Source: a bacterium (GTDB taxonomy: Bacteria > Patescibacteriota > Minisyncoccia > Phycocordibacterales > UBA12079). From it: a DNA stretch of 64,000 bases. The stretch's first letter is position 1, and each line of letters begins with the position of its first letter. The stretch is from the NCBI GenBank assembly GCA_018401295.1, contig JAGYLJ010000003.1, positions 3,327 to 67,326 of the forward strand, in the 5' to 3' direction. This document shows, piece by piece, positions 8,958 through 18,204 of this stretch. The position numbers and the translations under genes are program-made. Under the pieces are notes generated by a model. The model made no database searches. It saw only the letters and a program-made list of their open reading frames with translations, and was not told where the DNA came from.

Positions 8958-9650
8958 TTAAGCCCATTGTTTAGCTTTTAGAGCGTTCATAGCTGCCTCT
9001 TGTTCCGCCTCCTGTTTAGAAACTCCTTCTCCTTCAGCTACTAATTTATTATTTAAAAAAACTCCAATTTTAAAACGTTTGTCATGATCAGGACCCGCTT
9101 CTTCTAAAACCTCGTAATTAGGAGTTATCTTTAGAATTTCCTGAGCCTTTTCCTGAAAATTACTTTTAGAATCCTGCCATAAACTTTTTTCAACAACTTC
9201 ATCTATTTTAGACAAAAAATTATCTGCGATGAATTTTTTGGATGCTTCATAACCCTGGTCTAAATAAATTGCTCCAATAATTGCTTCAATAGAATTAGCC
9301 ATAATAAAAGTACGAGCTCTCCCTGTATCTTTAGATTCGCCTTTTGATAATTGTAAAAAATCATTAACTTTCAACTTTTCAGCTACATCCAACAATGAAG
9401 TTGTATTTACAATGGCTGATCTATAAGAAGTTAGCACGCCCTCGTTTTCTCCGGGGAATTCTTCAAATAAATAATGAGTCGTAACTAATTCTAAAACAGC
9501 ATCGCCTAGATACTCTAATCTTTCGTTGTGCTCTAAATCACCTCCTTGATGCTCATTAAGATATGAACGATGAGTTAATGCTGTTTCTAGTAATTTTATA
9601 TTGTTAAATTTGACTCCAATAGTATTCTCAAATTCTGTATAATCAATCAT
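8958..9650 (-). CDS. rnc: Ribonuclease III
   Basis: ERLEYLGDAVLELVTTHYLFEEFP RNase III signature plus a C-terminal dsRBD. Confidence 0.9.
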   Translation of the reverse strand: MIDYTEFENTIGVKFNNIKLLETALTHRSYLNEHQGGDLEHNERLEYLGDAVLELVTTHYLFEEFPGENEGVLTSYRSAIVNTTSLLDVAEKLKVNDFLQLSKGESKDTGRARTFIMANSIEAIIGAIYLDQGYEASKKFIADNFLSKIDEVVEKSLWQDSKSNFQEKAQEILKITPNYEVLEEAGPDHDKRFKIGVFLNNKLVAEGEGVSKQEAEQEAAMNALKAKQWA

Positions 9651-9654
9651 ATTT

Positions 9655-10599
9655 TTATTTTGTATTTCTTATAATTTCAATCGACTTATTTATCATCGGT
9701 TTCAAATCATCATAGGTCTCAAGTTCATCAACTTTTGATATTTCAAACCACCTTACATCATCTAAAGTCCCTCTTTCTCCACCATTTTCTTCCAACTCAA
9801 GAATTTTAAAATCTGAATAAGCAAGAAAATATGACACTTTTCTCCTTGTTGGTGTACCTCCCTCTTTATTGCTGTCATCTTCATATAAAGTAGCAACATA
9901 CTCATTAGTGTCTATCTGATCACCAATTACAACATCTAAACCAGTTTCTTCCTTTGCTTCTCTTTTTACACATTCTTCTATCGTCTCATTTTTTTCTTTA
10001 GAACCTTTAACTAAAGTCCAAAAACCAAAAACATTATGAACAAAAACTAAAAAGAATTTATCATCTTTTTTAGTATAAATAATAGCCCCTCCTAACTCTT
10101 GCAGAGGTAACTTCTCTTTATCCTCGATATCAATGTTAGTTTTGTTTGATTTACTTTTAGTTGTTTCGTATTTTCTTGGCTCGCCTAATTCTTTGTAGAT
10201 TGTTCCGAGAACCCCGCTCACAAATTTTCCACTATTTTCGCCACCAAAAGCTTTAGCTAATTCGATGGACTCATTTATCGCTACTTTAGGTGGAACTTCC
10301 TGTTTATCAGAAAAAAGTAATTCATAGATCCCAATACGTAAAATATTTCTATCAACGATAGAAATTTTGTCTAATGGCCATTGAGGGGCCGCCTGTTGAA
10401 TAATATTATCAAGATTTTTTCTTTCTTTTAAAATACCTTCTATTAAAGATCTGGTAAAAGAATTTCCTTCTGAAACAACCGCAAATTCTTTTAGATTGTA
10501 ATCTAAAATATCAAATATTTTTGCTTCACTTCCCTTTCTGAAATCCCATTCAAAAAGGGTCTGTAAAACTATTGATCTTGAAAGGTGCCTATTCAACAT
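9655..10599 (-). CDS. nusB: NusB antitermination factor fused to a C-terminal Nudix hydrolase domain
   Basis: Residues 1-140 are a NusB fold (QTLFEWDFR...DRNILRIGIYELLFSDKQEVPPKVAINESIELAKAFGGENSGKFVSGVLG). The C-terminus carries the Nudix box GSKEKNETIEECVKREAKEETGL (G-x5-E-x7-REUxEExGU). Confidence 0.75.
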   Translation of the reverse strand: MLNRHLSRSIVLQTLFEWDFRKGSEAKIFDILDYNLKEFAVVSEGNSFTRSLIEGILKERKNLDNIIQQAAPQWPLDKISIVDRNILRIGIYELLFSDKQEVPPKVAINESIELAKAFGGENSGKFVSGVLGTIYKELGEPRKYETTKSKSNKTNIDIEDKEKLPLQELGGAIIYTKKDDKFFLVFVHNVFGFWTLVKGSKEKNETIEECVKREAKEETGLDVVIGDQIDTNEYVATLYEDDSNKEGGTPTRRKVSYFLAYSDFKILELEENGGERGTLDDVRWFEISKVDELETYDDLKPMINKSIEIIRNTK

Positions 10600-10652
10600 A
10601 AAAACTTTAATAGTTGAAGGTTATTTAAACCTATAAAATTTTAAAAAAAACT

Positions 10653-10955
10653 CTATTTTGTCTTTTTGGACAACTTGCTCGCGTCTAAAACCGCTTCTTT
10701 TTTATCTTCTTTTTTTGCATTAGGGTCTTTACCTAATTCTTTCATTTTAGCTTTAACTCTTTCGTTCTTCTTCTCTATTTTAGATTGAACATCAATAATT
10801 TGTTTACCTCTATATTCACCACAAACACCACAAGCGCGATGTCGCAAATGAGAAGAACCACATTTAGCACATTTAGATAATCGTGGTTCGTCTATACTAT
10901 GATGTGATCGTCTATTCTTAGAGTGACCACTGGTGTGTCGCATTCTTACTGACAT
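10653..10955 (-). CDS. rpmF: Ribosomal protein bL32 with a Lys-rich C-terminal extension of about 40 aa
   Basis: RHTSGHSKNRRSHHSI...CAKCGSSHLRHRACGVCGEY (zinc ribbon). Confidence 0.8.
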   Translation of the reverse strand: MSVRMRHTSGHSKNRRSHHSIDEPRLSKCAKCGSSHLRHRACGVCGEYRGKQIIDVQSKIEKKNERVKAKMKELGKDPNAKKEDKKEAVLDASKLSKKTK

Positions 10956-11010
10956 ATTAGGCCTTATTATAGCTAATTTCTTTTAAATTGCAATGGGGAT
11001 AAACAAAAAA

Positions 11011-11035
11011 CAGGTTCCGTAAACTACGGAACCTG
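11011..11035 (-). terminator. 11-bp hairpin CAGGTTCCGTA-AAC-TACGGAACCTG followed by TTTTTTGTTT on the minus strand
   Basis: Read directly, downstream of the small membrane protein gene. Confidence 0.45.
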
Positions 11036-11059
11036 TCAGCTAATAGGTAAAAGATTAAC

Positions 11060-11374
11060 CTAACTGAAAAAATAAACCAAAAAAGAACAACAGACTACCA
11101 TCGAAGTTATAAGCAAAAATCGACTCTTTTCCCCCATAATAACCAAATAGTCAACCGTAGCGGTAATTGGAGCCGCCAGACAAATAACGTAAATAACTTC
11201 TTGGGTTTTTATCACCGGGAAATAGGTCAAATACCCGCAAACAGAAAAGACCGCCGCCCACAAAAAGGCGAATACAGACCACCCTTCTTTTAACAACCCT
11301 TTGCCAATAAAATAAGCAAGACAAAGGACCACCAACAGGACGAAAAACGCACAAGTCAATTTTGGGTCATACAT
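11060..11374 (-). CDS. Small three-TM membrane protein, hypothetical
   Basis: Hydrophobic 104-aa ORF; somewhat GC-richer than its surroundings. Confidence 0.35.
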   Translation of the reverse strand: MYDPKLTCAFFVLLVVLCLAYFIGKGLLKEGWSVFAFLWAAVFSVCGYLTYFPVIKTQEVIYVICLAAPITATVDYLVIMGEKSRFLLITSMVVCCSFLVYFFS

Positions 11375-11496
11375 TTCTATTCCTCCTATCTAAAAAGTTG
11401 ATTTTTAAACTCAAAGATCATTCTAGGCATCTTATACCACGATAATTCATATAGGTAAACATTCTGAAATGTTTTGCAAAATGTTACAATAAAGCC

Positions 11497-14400
11497 ATGT
11501 TTAAATTTTCTCATTTACATACCCATAGTCATTACAGCCTCCTCAACGCTTTGCCAAAAATAAAAGAATTAGTTTCTAGGGCTAATGAATATGAGATGCC
11601 AGCATTAGCTCTGACCGACAACGGCAATATGTACGCCACCATTGAATTCTATCAAGAATGTTTAAAACAAGGCATTAAGCCTATTCTGGGAGTTGATTTC
11701 TATGTAGCTCTAAAAACTAGACACGATCGTCGTCCTAGCATAGATAACCGCAATACTCGTCTAATTCTTCTAGCCAAAAATGAACAGGGTTATAAAAATT
11801 TGATCAAACTCGTCAGTAAATCATTCTTGGAAGGATTTTATTACCGCCCACGAATTAACCGCGAATTAATTGAAGAATATAAAGAAGGGTTAATTTGTAT
11901 TATGCCCCACTTTAGTGGAGATGTTTCTAAGGCCTTACAAGTTAGCGACTTTGAGAGGGCTAAAGAAATATCAGATTGGTATAAAACCATTTTTCCTGAT
12001 TTTTATTTGGAAATTACCCATCATCCTGAAATAGACGGCCAGGTAGAATTAAAAAAGAAAATTATAAATTTTTCTAAAAAAGAAAACATCCCCTTAGTGG
12101 CTTGCCAAGATGTTTATTATTTAAACTCCGAAGATAAAAAAGCTCGCGACATTTTAATGTCAATCCAAAGCTCCAATTCTAGATTTAGGAACGAGCAAGA
12201 GGATTTTTCTTTCATTAACCAAACAACAGCTGAAGAATATTTTAAAGAAACACCTGAAGCTTTGAAAAATATTCAGATAATAGTCGATAAATGTAACGTA
12301 ACCTTAGATGTTGATAGTTGGATTTTCCCTGATATAAAAATTCCAGATGGAGAAACCTATGACAGCGAATTGAGGAAAATGACCTATGCTGGTATAGAAA
12401 AAAGAGGCCTAAAAGAAACAGATGAAATAAAGAAAAGAATTGAGTATGAACTAGAAATTATTAGAAATAAAGGCTATTCTTCTTATTTTTTAATAATTGC
12501 AGATTTAATTAAATATGCTAGAAGTGTTGGAATTCTAACCAATACAAGAGGTTCAGCGGCAGGTAGTTTAGTTTCTTACTTAAGTTTTATTACTAAGGCT
12601 AATCCTTTGGAATTAAAATTACCTTTTGAAAGATTTATGAATCCAGGACGTCCTGGTATCCCTGATATTGATGTAGATATTGCTGATATTCGTCGTGATG
12701 ATGTGATTGATTATATGAGGAGTAAATATGGAGAAAAAGCAGTAGCCCAAATTGGAACTTTCGGAACAATGGCAGCTCGTGGTTCAGTTCGTGATGTAAC
12801 TCGAGCCTTGGGTCACCCTTATGAACTTGGTGACAAAATCGCTAAACTCATCCCCATGGGTTCCCAAGGTTTTCCAATGACCATTGCCCGTGCTCTAGAT
12901 ATGGAAAAAGATTTACAAGATCTCCATAAAAAAGATAAAGACGTTCAAGAAATAATCAAATATGCTCAAAAGATTGAAGGTTGTGCCAGACACATTTCAA
13001 CTCATGCCGCCGGAGTCTTAATTTCCCCTACTCGGGTTGACGATTACACACCAGTTCAACTTGATAAAGACGGCAAAATCATCACCCAATATGATATGTA
13101 CACGGGCAACCGAGATGGTGTCGTCAACCTGCCTAAATTTGATATTTTGGGTATAAAAAATTTATCGATTCTAGCGAACGCTATGGACTTGGCCAAAAAA
13201 TTTAAAGGGGTAGAAGTTGATTTAGATAATATAGACCTTAAAAATAAAAAAACTTACGATATGTTAGCTCGCGGAGAAACCATGGGAACTTTTCAATTAA
13301 ATGGACAAGGAATGACTCAATATCTCAAAGAACTAGAACCACATGATATTTGGGATATCATGGCCATGGTAGCTCTTTACCGCCCAGGACCAATGGCTTT
13401 TATTCCTGATTATATTAAGAGAAAAAGAAATCCAAGCTTAGTCACCTATCTTCACCCTGAGTTGAAAAATATTTTGGAGCCAACCTACGGTATTATTATC
13501 TACCAAGATGATGTCATGCTTATTGCTGTTAATTTAGCTGGCTACACCTGGGCAGAGGCTGATAAATTTAGAAAGGCTATGGGGAAGAAAATTCCCGAAA
13601 TGATGCAGGAACAGAAAGATAAATTTTTTACTGGGTGTTTAGAACACGGAATAGAAAAGAAAATTGTACAAAAACTTTGGGAAACCATAGAGACCTTTGC
13701 TGCCTACGGATTTAACAAAGCCCATTCTGCCTCCTACGGACGAGTGGCCTACGAGACTTCTTATATGAAAGCCAACTTCCCTATTGAATACATGACAGCC
13801 TTATTGATGGCTGACTCAGGAGATACAGAAAAGGTTTCTGAAATAATTGCTGAATGTAAAAGATTAGGGATTGAAGTTCTCCCCCCCGACATCAACGAAT
13901 CATTTACAGATTTTACTATCATTAAAAACGAGCAAGGCAAAGAAGCTATTCGTTTTGGGTTAGAAACCATCAAGAATTTTGGAGAAGGCATTGCTAACGC
14001 TATTATCAATGAGAGAAAAAATAATGGTCCCTATAAATCTCTAACAGATCTTCTTGAGAGAGTTCAAGATAAAAATTTGAACAAGAGATCTCTTGAGGCA
14101 CTCACTATGTGCGGAGCAATGGATAAATTAGGAGAAAGAGGACAGATTATTGAAAACATGCCGACTTTATTAAAATACAATAAAGACTTCGCTTCAAAAC
14201 CAAAAGAGCAGGATTCTTTATTCGGTGATATTTTTGATACAACTGAAATTTCCCTTGAGCCGACTCCCCCAGCTACCATGGAAGAAAAACTAGTCTGGGA
14301 AAAAGAATTATTAGGTCTGTATATTTCTGGACATCCCTTGGACAAGTTCAGTCGGCAATTATCAAAAAGTAAAACCAACTTAAGTAAAGTCAAAAAAACA

Positions 14401-14658
14401 GCTTTAGAGGGAGTTACCACAGTGGTCGCAGGGATAATTGAAGAATGTAAACCAATCTTAACAAAGAAAGGAGACAAGATGGCTTTTGTAAAATTATCAG
14501 ATTTTAGCGATAGTTTAGAAGTAGTTGTCTTTCCTAAAACTTTTGCTGAGTTTGCTGACTTACTTCAAACAGAAAAATGTCTTTTAATCAAAGGCAAAAT
14601 ATCTAAACGAAACGAAGAAACCAGCCTCATCGCAGATAGTATCCGTGAATTAAAATAA
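11497..14658 (+). CDS. dnaE: DNA polymerase III alpha subunit
   Basis: PHP domain HLHTHSHYSLLNA, then the polymerase core, HhH, and a C-terminal OB fold. Confidence 0.9.
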   Translation: MFKFSHLHTHSHYSLLNALPKIKELVSRANEYEMPALALTDNGNMYATIEFYQECLKQGIKPILGVDFYVALKTRHDRRPSIDNRNTRLILLAKNEQGYKNLIKLVSKSFLEGFYYRPRINRELIEEYKEGLICIMPHFSGDVSKALQVSDFERAKEISDWYKTIFPDFYLEITHHPEIDGQVELKKKIINFSKKENIPLVACQDVYYLNSEDKKARDILMSIQSSNSRFRNEQEDFSFINQTTAEEYFKETPEALKNIQIIVDKCNVTLDVDSWIFPDIKIPDGETYDSELRKMTYAGIEKRGLKETDEIKKRIEYELEIIRNKGYSSYFLIIADLIKYARSVGILTNTRGSAAGSLVSYLSFITKANPLELKLPFERFMNPGRPGIPDIDVDIADIRRDDVIDYMRSKYGEKAVAQIGTFGTMAARGSVRDVTRALGHPYELGDKIAKLIPMGSQGFPMTIARALDMEKDLQDLHKKDKDVQEIIKYAQKIEGCARHISTHAAGVLISPTRVDDYTPVQLDKDGKIITQYDMYTGNRDGVVNLPKFDILGIKNLSILANAMDLAKKFKGVEVDLDNIDLKNKKTYDMLARGETMGTFQLNGQGMTQYLKELEPHDIWDIMAMVALYRPGPMAFIPDYIKRKRNPSLVTYLHPELKNILEPTYGIIIYQDDVMLIAVNLAGYTWAEADKFRKAMGKKIPEMMQEQKDKFFTGCLEHGIEKKIVQKLWETIETFAAYGFNKAHSASYGRVAYETSYMKANFPIEYMTALLMADSGDTEKVSEIIAECKRLGIEVLPPDINESFTDFTIIKNEQGKEAIRFGLETIKNFGEGIANAIINERKNNGPYKSLTDLLERVQDKNLNKRSLEALTMCGAMDKLGERGQIIENMPTLLKYNKDFASKPKEQDSLFGDIFDTTEISLEPTPPATMEEKLVWEKELLGLYISGHPLDKFSRQLSKSKTNLSKVKKTALEGVTTVVAGIIEECKPILTKKGDKMAFVKLSDFSDSLEVVVFPKTFAEFADLLQTEKCLLIKGKISKRNEETSLIADSIRELK

Positions 14659-14764
14659 ACCCTATTCACCCAAAACCTGGGCTATTTTACTGGGATAAGG
14701 ATTATTTCCTCTCATAAATAACTTTGATTTTTAATAGAAAAACAGTAAGATATTAAGAGTATTT

Positions 14765-14812
14765 GGCCCTATTGTCTAACCAAGTTAGAATATAGAGGAC
14801 ATTGTCATTCGA
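14765..14812 (+). other. Degenerate tRNA-Glu-like 5' fragment (GGCCCTATtGTCTAAC...GAGGACATtGtC...)
   Basis: Its first 16 nt nearly match tRNA-Glu nt 1-16, after which it diverges. No 3' half. Confidence 0.4.
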
Positions 14813-14857
14813 AAAATTTGCATTAGAATTTAAAAAATTAAAGAACATATTACTTTT

Positions 14858-14876
14858 GGCCCTATCGTCTAACGGT
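14858..14876 (+). other. Exact copy of tRNA-Glu nt 1-19, followed by unrelated sequence that contains an inverted copy (14985-14997) of tRNA-Glu nt 22-34
   Basis: GGCCCTATCGTCTAACGGT is identical to the tRNA-Glu 5' end. GAAGGCGATGTCC is the reverse complement of GGACATCGCCTTC. Confidence 0.5.
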
Positions 14877-15043
14877 TATTGGAATTAAAAGCAAACTGCT
14901 TTGCTTTTAATCTGGTTCTGAGCGATAGCAAAGAAATTTCCGTTATCAAGCCAAGCGAAATAGGAAATAGGGTAAGCCTTCGTAGAAGGCGATGTCCGAA
15001 CAAAATGCATTAAATAATTTGGTATAATAAATAAAAACAATTT

Positions 15044-15115
15044 GGCCCTATCGTCTAACGGTCAGGACATCGCCTTCTCAAGGCGGAAATCAGAGTTCGA
15101 TTCTCTGTAGGGTCA
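15044..15115 (+). tRNA. tRNA-Glu (anticodon CUC)
   Basis: Cloverleaf: GGCCCTA / GTCT-AACGGTCA-GGAC / TCGCC-TTCTCAA-GGCGG / CAGAG-TTCGATT-CTCTG / TAGGGTC plus discriminator A. Confidence 0.85.
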
Positions 15116-15168
15116 CAAAAATAATGAAACAAATGCGGTAGTATTTTTGAAATATATTTTTATAGATT

Positions 15169-15197
15169 CTACAGAGAATCGAACTCTGATTTCCGCC
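15169..15197 (-). other. Inverted copy of the tRNA-Glu 3' half (nt 39-67), 29/29 identical
   Basis: CTACAGAGAATCGAACTCTGATTTCCGCC is the reverse complement of GGCGGAAATCAGAGTTCGATTCTCTGTAG. Confidence 0.5.
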
Positions 15198-15243
15198 TTT
15201 TTAAATAGCCATATTTTCAATAATAAAGTATTATTTTAGTTGC

Positions 15244-16173
15244 GTGTTTAAATTCTTGAAAAATAAAATAGGAAAATTCTTCAAACTTATCTTTAACATT
15301 TGGTTTTTATACCTAATCTTTTTTTCATTCCTAGCTTATCTCTTCTTAAACCCTTCTGGGTGTTCCTACCCAATCAAATATAGTCTTGGCAACCTTGACC
15401 CTAGATTTGAAATTTCCCAAGAAGACACGTTTAATATTTTAGCCAATGCCGAAAAAATTTGGGAGGATTCAATGGGTATAGATATTTTTGAATATGACCC
15501 AAAGGGCAAACTAAAAATAAATTTTGTTTTTGATGAGAGACAACAATTAAACATTGATATAAAAAAAGCTGAAAAAAAAATAGAGCAATCAGAATCTTCA
15601 GTAAAAAAAGTTACAACCCTGCATGACGACCTATTAGTTTTATATAATCAAAAACTATCCGCCTATGATATTTCTTTAAAAGACTATAAACAACAAATGG
15701 ATACCTATAACCAAAAAGTAGATTACTGGAATAATAAAGGAGGAGCTCCTTCAGTAATATATGATGAATTAAACTCCCAAAGGTCAAATCTTGGTATAGT
15801 CTACGACCAATTATCATATCAAGAACAGGTCCTAAATGAGCTTCTAGGCAAAGTAAATGCCTCAGTAGACGTAACTAACTTAACTATTGATAGATACAAT
15901 ACTCACGTAGATTCTTTTAACCAAGAATTTGGAGGGGCTAGAGAATTTGATCAAGGAGATTATTTATCTAATACAATCAATATTTATGAATATAGGACAA
16001 TGTCTGACCTAACACTAGTAATTGCCCATGAAATGGGTCATGCCTTAGGTTTAAATCATGTTGATGACCCATATTCATTAATGTATTATCTAATGGAAAA
16101 ACAAGATTTAAATAATATAAAATTATCTAAAGACGACATCCAGGCCCTCAAGCAAAGGTGTAGGATAAAATAA
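15244..16173 (+). CDS. Membrane-anchored metzincin (matrixin-like) zinc metalloprotease
   Basis: N-terminal TM; C-terminal VIAHEMGHALGLNH (HExxHxxGxxH) followed by a Met-turn-like SLMYY. Confidence 0.7.
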   Translation: MFKFLKNKIGKFFKLIFNIWFLYLIFFSFLAYLFLNPSGCSYPIKYSLGNLDPRFEISQEDTFNILANAEKIWEDSMGIDIFEYDPKGKLKINFVFDERQQLNIDIKKAEKKIEQSESSVKKVTTLHDDLLVLYNQKLSAYDISLKDYKQQMDTYNQKVDYWNNKGGAPSVIYDELNSQRSNLGIVYDQLSYQEQVLNELLGKVNASVDVTNLTIDRYNTHVDSFNQEFGGAREFDQGDYLSNTINIYEYRTMSDLTLVIAHEMGHALGLNHVDDPYSLMYYLMEKQDLNNIKLSKDDIQALKQRCRIK

Positions 16174-16181
16174 GTAATTTA

Positions 16182-16216
16182 AAACCCCGGGGAAAGCTTT
16201 ACTTTTCCCGGGGTTT
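16182..16216. terminator. GC-rich hairpin (AAACCCCGGGGAAAG...CTTTTCCCGGGGTTT) between convergent genes
   Basis: Read directly. Confidence 0.5.
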
Positions 16217-16230
16217 CTTTCAATGAACAT

Positions 16231-18027
16231 TTATATTTGGCTGTTTACCAAGTTTTGATAAACAACACAATTTGTGAGGAGTTCCCTATGAGTTCCTTCA
16301 CCAACAATTTTGCCGTTTTCCATCACAAAAATTTTATCGGCATTCTTAATAGTGGAAAGACGGTGAGCAATAATAATAGTTGTCCTCCCCTTAGAAGCCT
16401 TCTCAATGGACTTACGAATGACCGTTTCATTTTCGGTGTCCAGACTTGAAGTTGCCTCGTCAAAGATAAGAACTTTAGGGTTTTTCGCCAAAGCTCTGGC
16501 AATACCAACCCTTTGTCTCTCCCCTCCAGAGAGTTTAACTCCCCGCTCTCCAATCACCGTGTCAAAACCATTTTCAAGACGATGAAAGAACTTATCCACA
16601 CAAGAAGCATGAGCGATATCGCCCAATTCAGCTTCCGTAATGTTAATGTCCTTTCCCTCCAATCCGAAGACGATGTTGTACCTTAAGGTGTCATCAAAGA
16701 GGGAAACATCCTGTTCGACGACCCCGATTGATTCTCGATAAGATTCCAATTCTACAACCCGTAAGTCACTACCGTCAATAAGAATCTTCCCATTGGTAGG
16801 ATCGTAGGCCCGAAGAATAAGATTAGCTACGGTCGTCTTCCCTGCTCCGGACGGTCCCACAAAAGCCACTTTCTGGCCTGATTTGATGGTAAGAGACACG
16901 TTTGATAAAGTCTCCTGTTCCGATTCAGACGACACTTCAGTTTGTTCCTTTTTATCATCGTCCTCAAGGCTTTTCCTGATAGGATACTTAAAAGAAACAT
17001 TATCAAAGATAATCTCCCCTTTAGGTTTTTTTATCTTAACTGGATTGTTTATCTCTTTTATCTCTGGCTCAATATCCAACAAAGAAAAGAATTTTTTGAC
17101 AGCAATGTACATTTCAGTTCCTTTTCTATGTAGATTACCAATCTGGCCTATTCTCCCAAAGGCAGAAGAAGACCAGGCAATAAACATAACAAGCTGACCA
17201 GCTGTGTGAATGTCTTTATAAACATAAATGACACTGATGACCAGCACTAAAAATCTCGTGATACCTATTATGATGCTCCTGAGACAAGCCCAGAAAACAT
17301 ACTTCTTCCAAACCTTTTTGCCCAGGTCACCGAATTCCCCTATTTTTTGATCGAGCTTTTCTGTTACGCCTTTTTCCTGAGCGTTAATTTGAACCATACA
17401 AATATTACGGAAAATCTCACTATGAACCTTATTTGAATCATGGCCGGCATCCTGGAATTTCTTTAGTTCATCCTTCATTGAGTAATTGAGATAAAAACTA
17501 ATTACAAGAAAACAGACAGAGCCAATCAAAGTAACCAAACCCAGCACAGTGCTCATATAGAGCAGTACAATGACAGTAAACACCAGACTCACTAACATCG
17601 GAAGAGCATTGTACAAAACCATATTGGTTAAGTTGGTCAAAGAATTCTCTCCCTTATCTATAATGCTCTGTTTCACCCCAGAATTCTGGTTACAATGTTG
17701 CCCGATAGAGAAACTAAAAATCTTTGCCATAGTGACCTTTATTGAGATAAATTTTGGAATATCAAAATCGATATTCTCTAACTCAAACCTCTCTCTGAAA
17801 AATCCAGAAACAATGGTATTGATAAAAAATAAAGCCAAAGATAACAGTGCCAAAAAAAAGACATCCATGATTGGGGCTTTAGAAAATATCTTGTCAACAA
17901 TTTTCCCCTGAATATAAGGTCCAAGTAAAATAAAGATTTGGTCCAAAATAATGAACACAAATACCATCAACATCGGTTTACGAAAAGGACGATAAATCTC
18001 CAAAATCCTCTTAACAAATTCTCTCAT
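16231..18027 (-). CDS. ABC exporter with fused permease and ATPase (MsbA-like), with an acidic insert before Walker A
   Basis: Six-TM N-terminal half; GPSGAGKTT, LSGGERQR and ILIFDEATSSLD motifs. Confidence 0.85.
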   Translation of the reverse strand: MREFVKRILEIYRPFRKPMLMVFVFIILDQIFILLGPYIQGKIVDKIFSKAPIMDVFFLALLSLALFFINTIVSGFFRERFELENIDFDIPKFISIKVTMAKIFSFSIGQHCNQNSGVKQSIIDKGENSLTNLTNMVLYNALPMLVSLVFTVIVLLYMSTVLGLVTLIGSVCFLVISFYLNYSMKDELKKFQDAGHDSNKVHSEIFRNICMVQINAQEKGVTEKLDQKIGEFGDLGKKVWKKYVFWACLRSIIIGITRFLVLVISVIYVYKDIHTAGQLVMFIAWSSSAFGRIGQIGNLHRKGTEMYIAVKKFFSLLDIEPEIKEINNPVKIKKPKGEIIFDNVSFKYPIRKSLEDDDKKEQTEVSSESEQETLSNVSLTIKSGQKVAFVGPSGAGKTTVANLILRAYDPTNGKILIDGSDLRVVELESYRESIGVVEQDVSLFDDTLRYNIVFGLEGKDINITEAELGDIAHASCVDKFFHRLENGFDTVIGERGVKLSGGERQRVGIARALAKNPKVLIFDEATSSLDTENETVIRKSIEKASKGRTTIIIAHRLSTIKNADKIFVMENGKIVGEGTHRELLTNCVVYQNLVNSQI

Positions 18028-18204
18028 TAGAAAACCTCCTCTTTTGGTTAATTTTTTATATTAAATTGTCAAATTATCTATCTTTTAGAATTATACGACA
18101 TATTATAGGTTAAGTCAATATCTAGACTTTTAATAAAAATAGCCTTTAAAACAATAAAAAGGACCACATTGTAACAACAATGTGGTCCTACTCCTCTCTT
18201 AAAT

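Noticed and set aside
16237-17960. Several 60-110-aa ORFs on both strands inside the ABC transporter gene
   Set aside because: Nested in or antisense to a gene with clear Walker A, ABC-signature and Walker B motifs.
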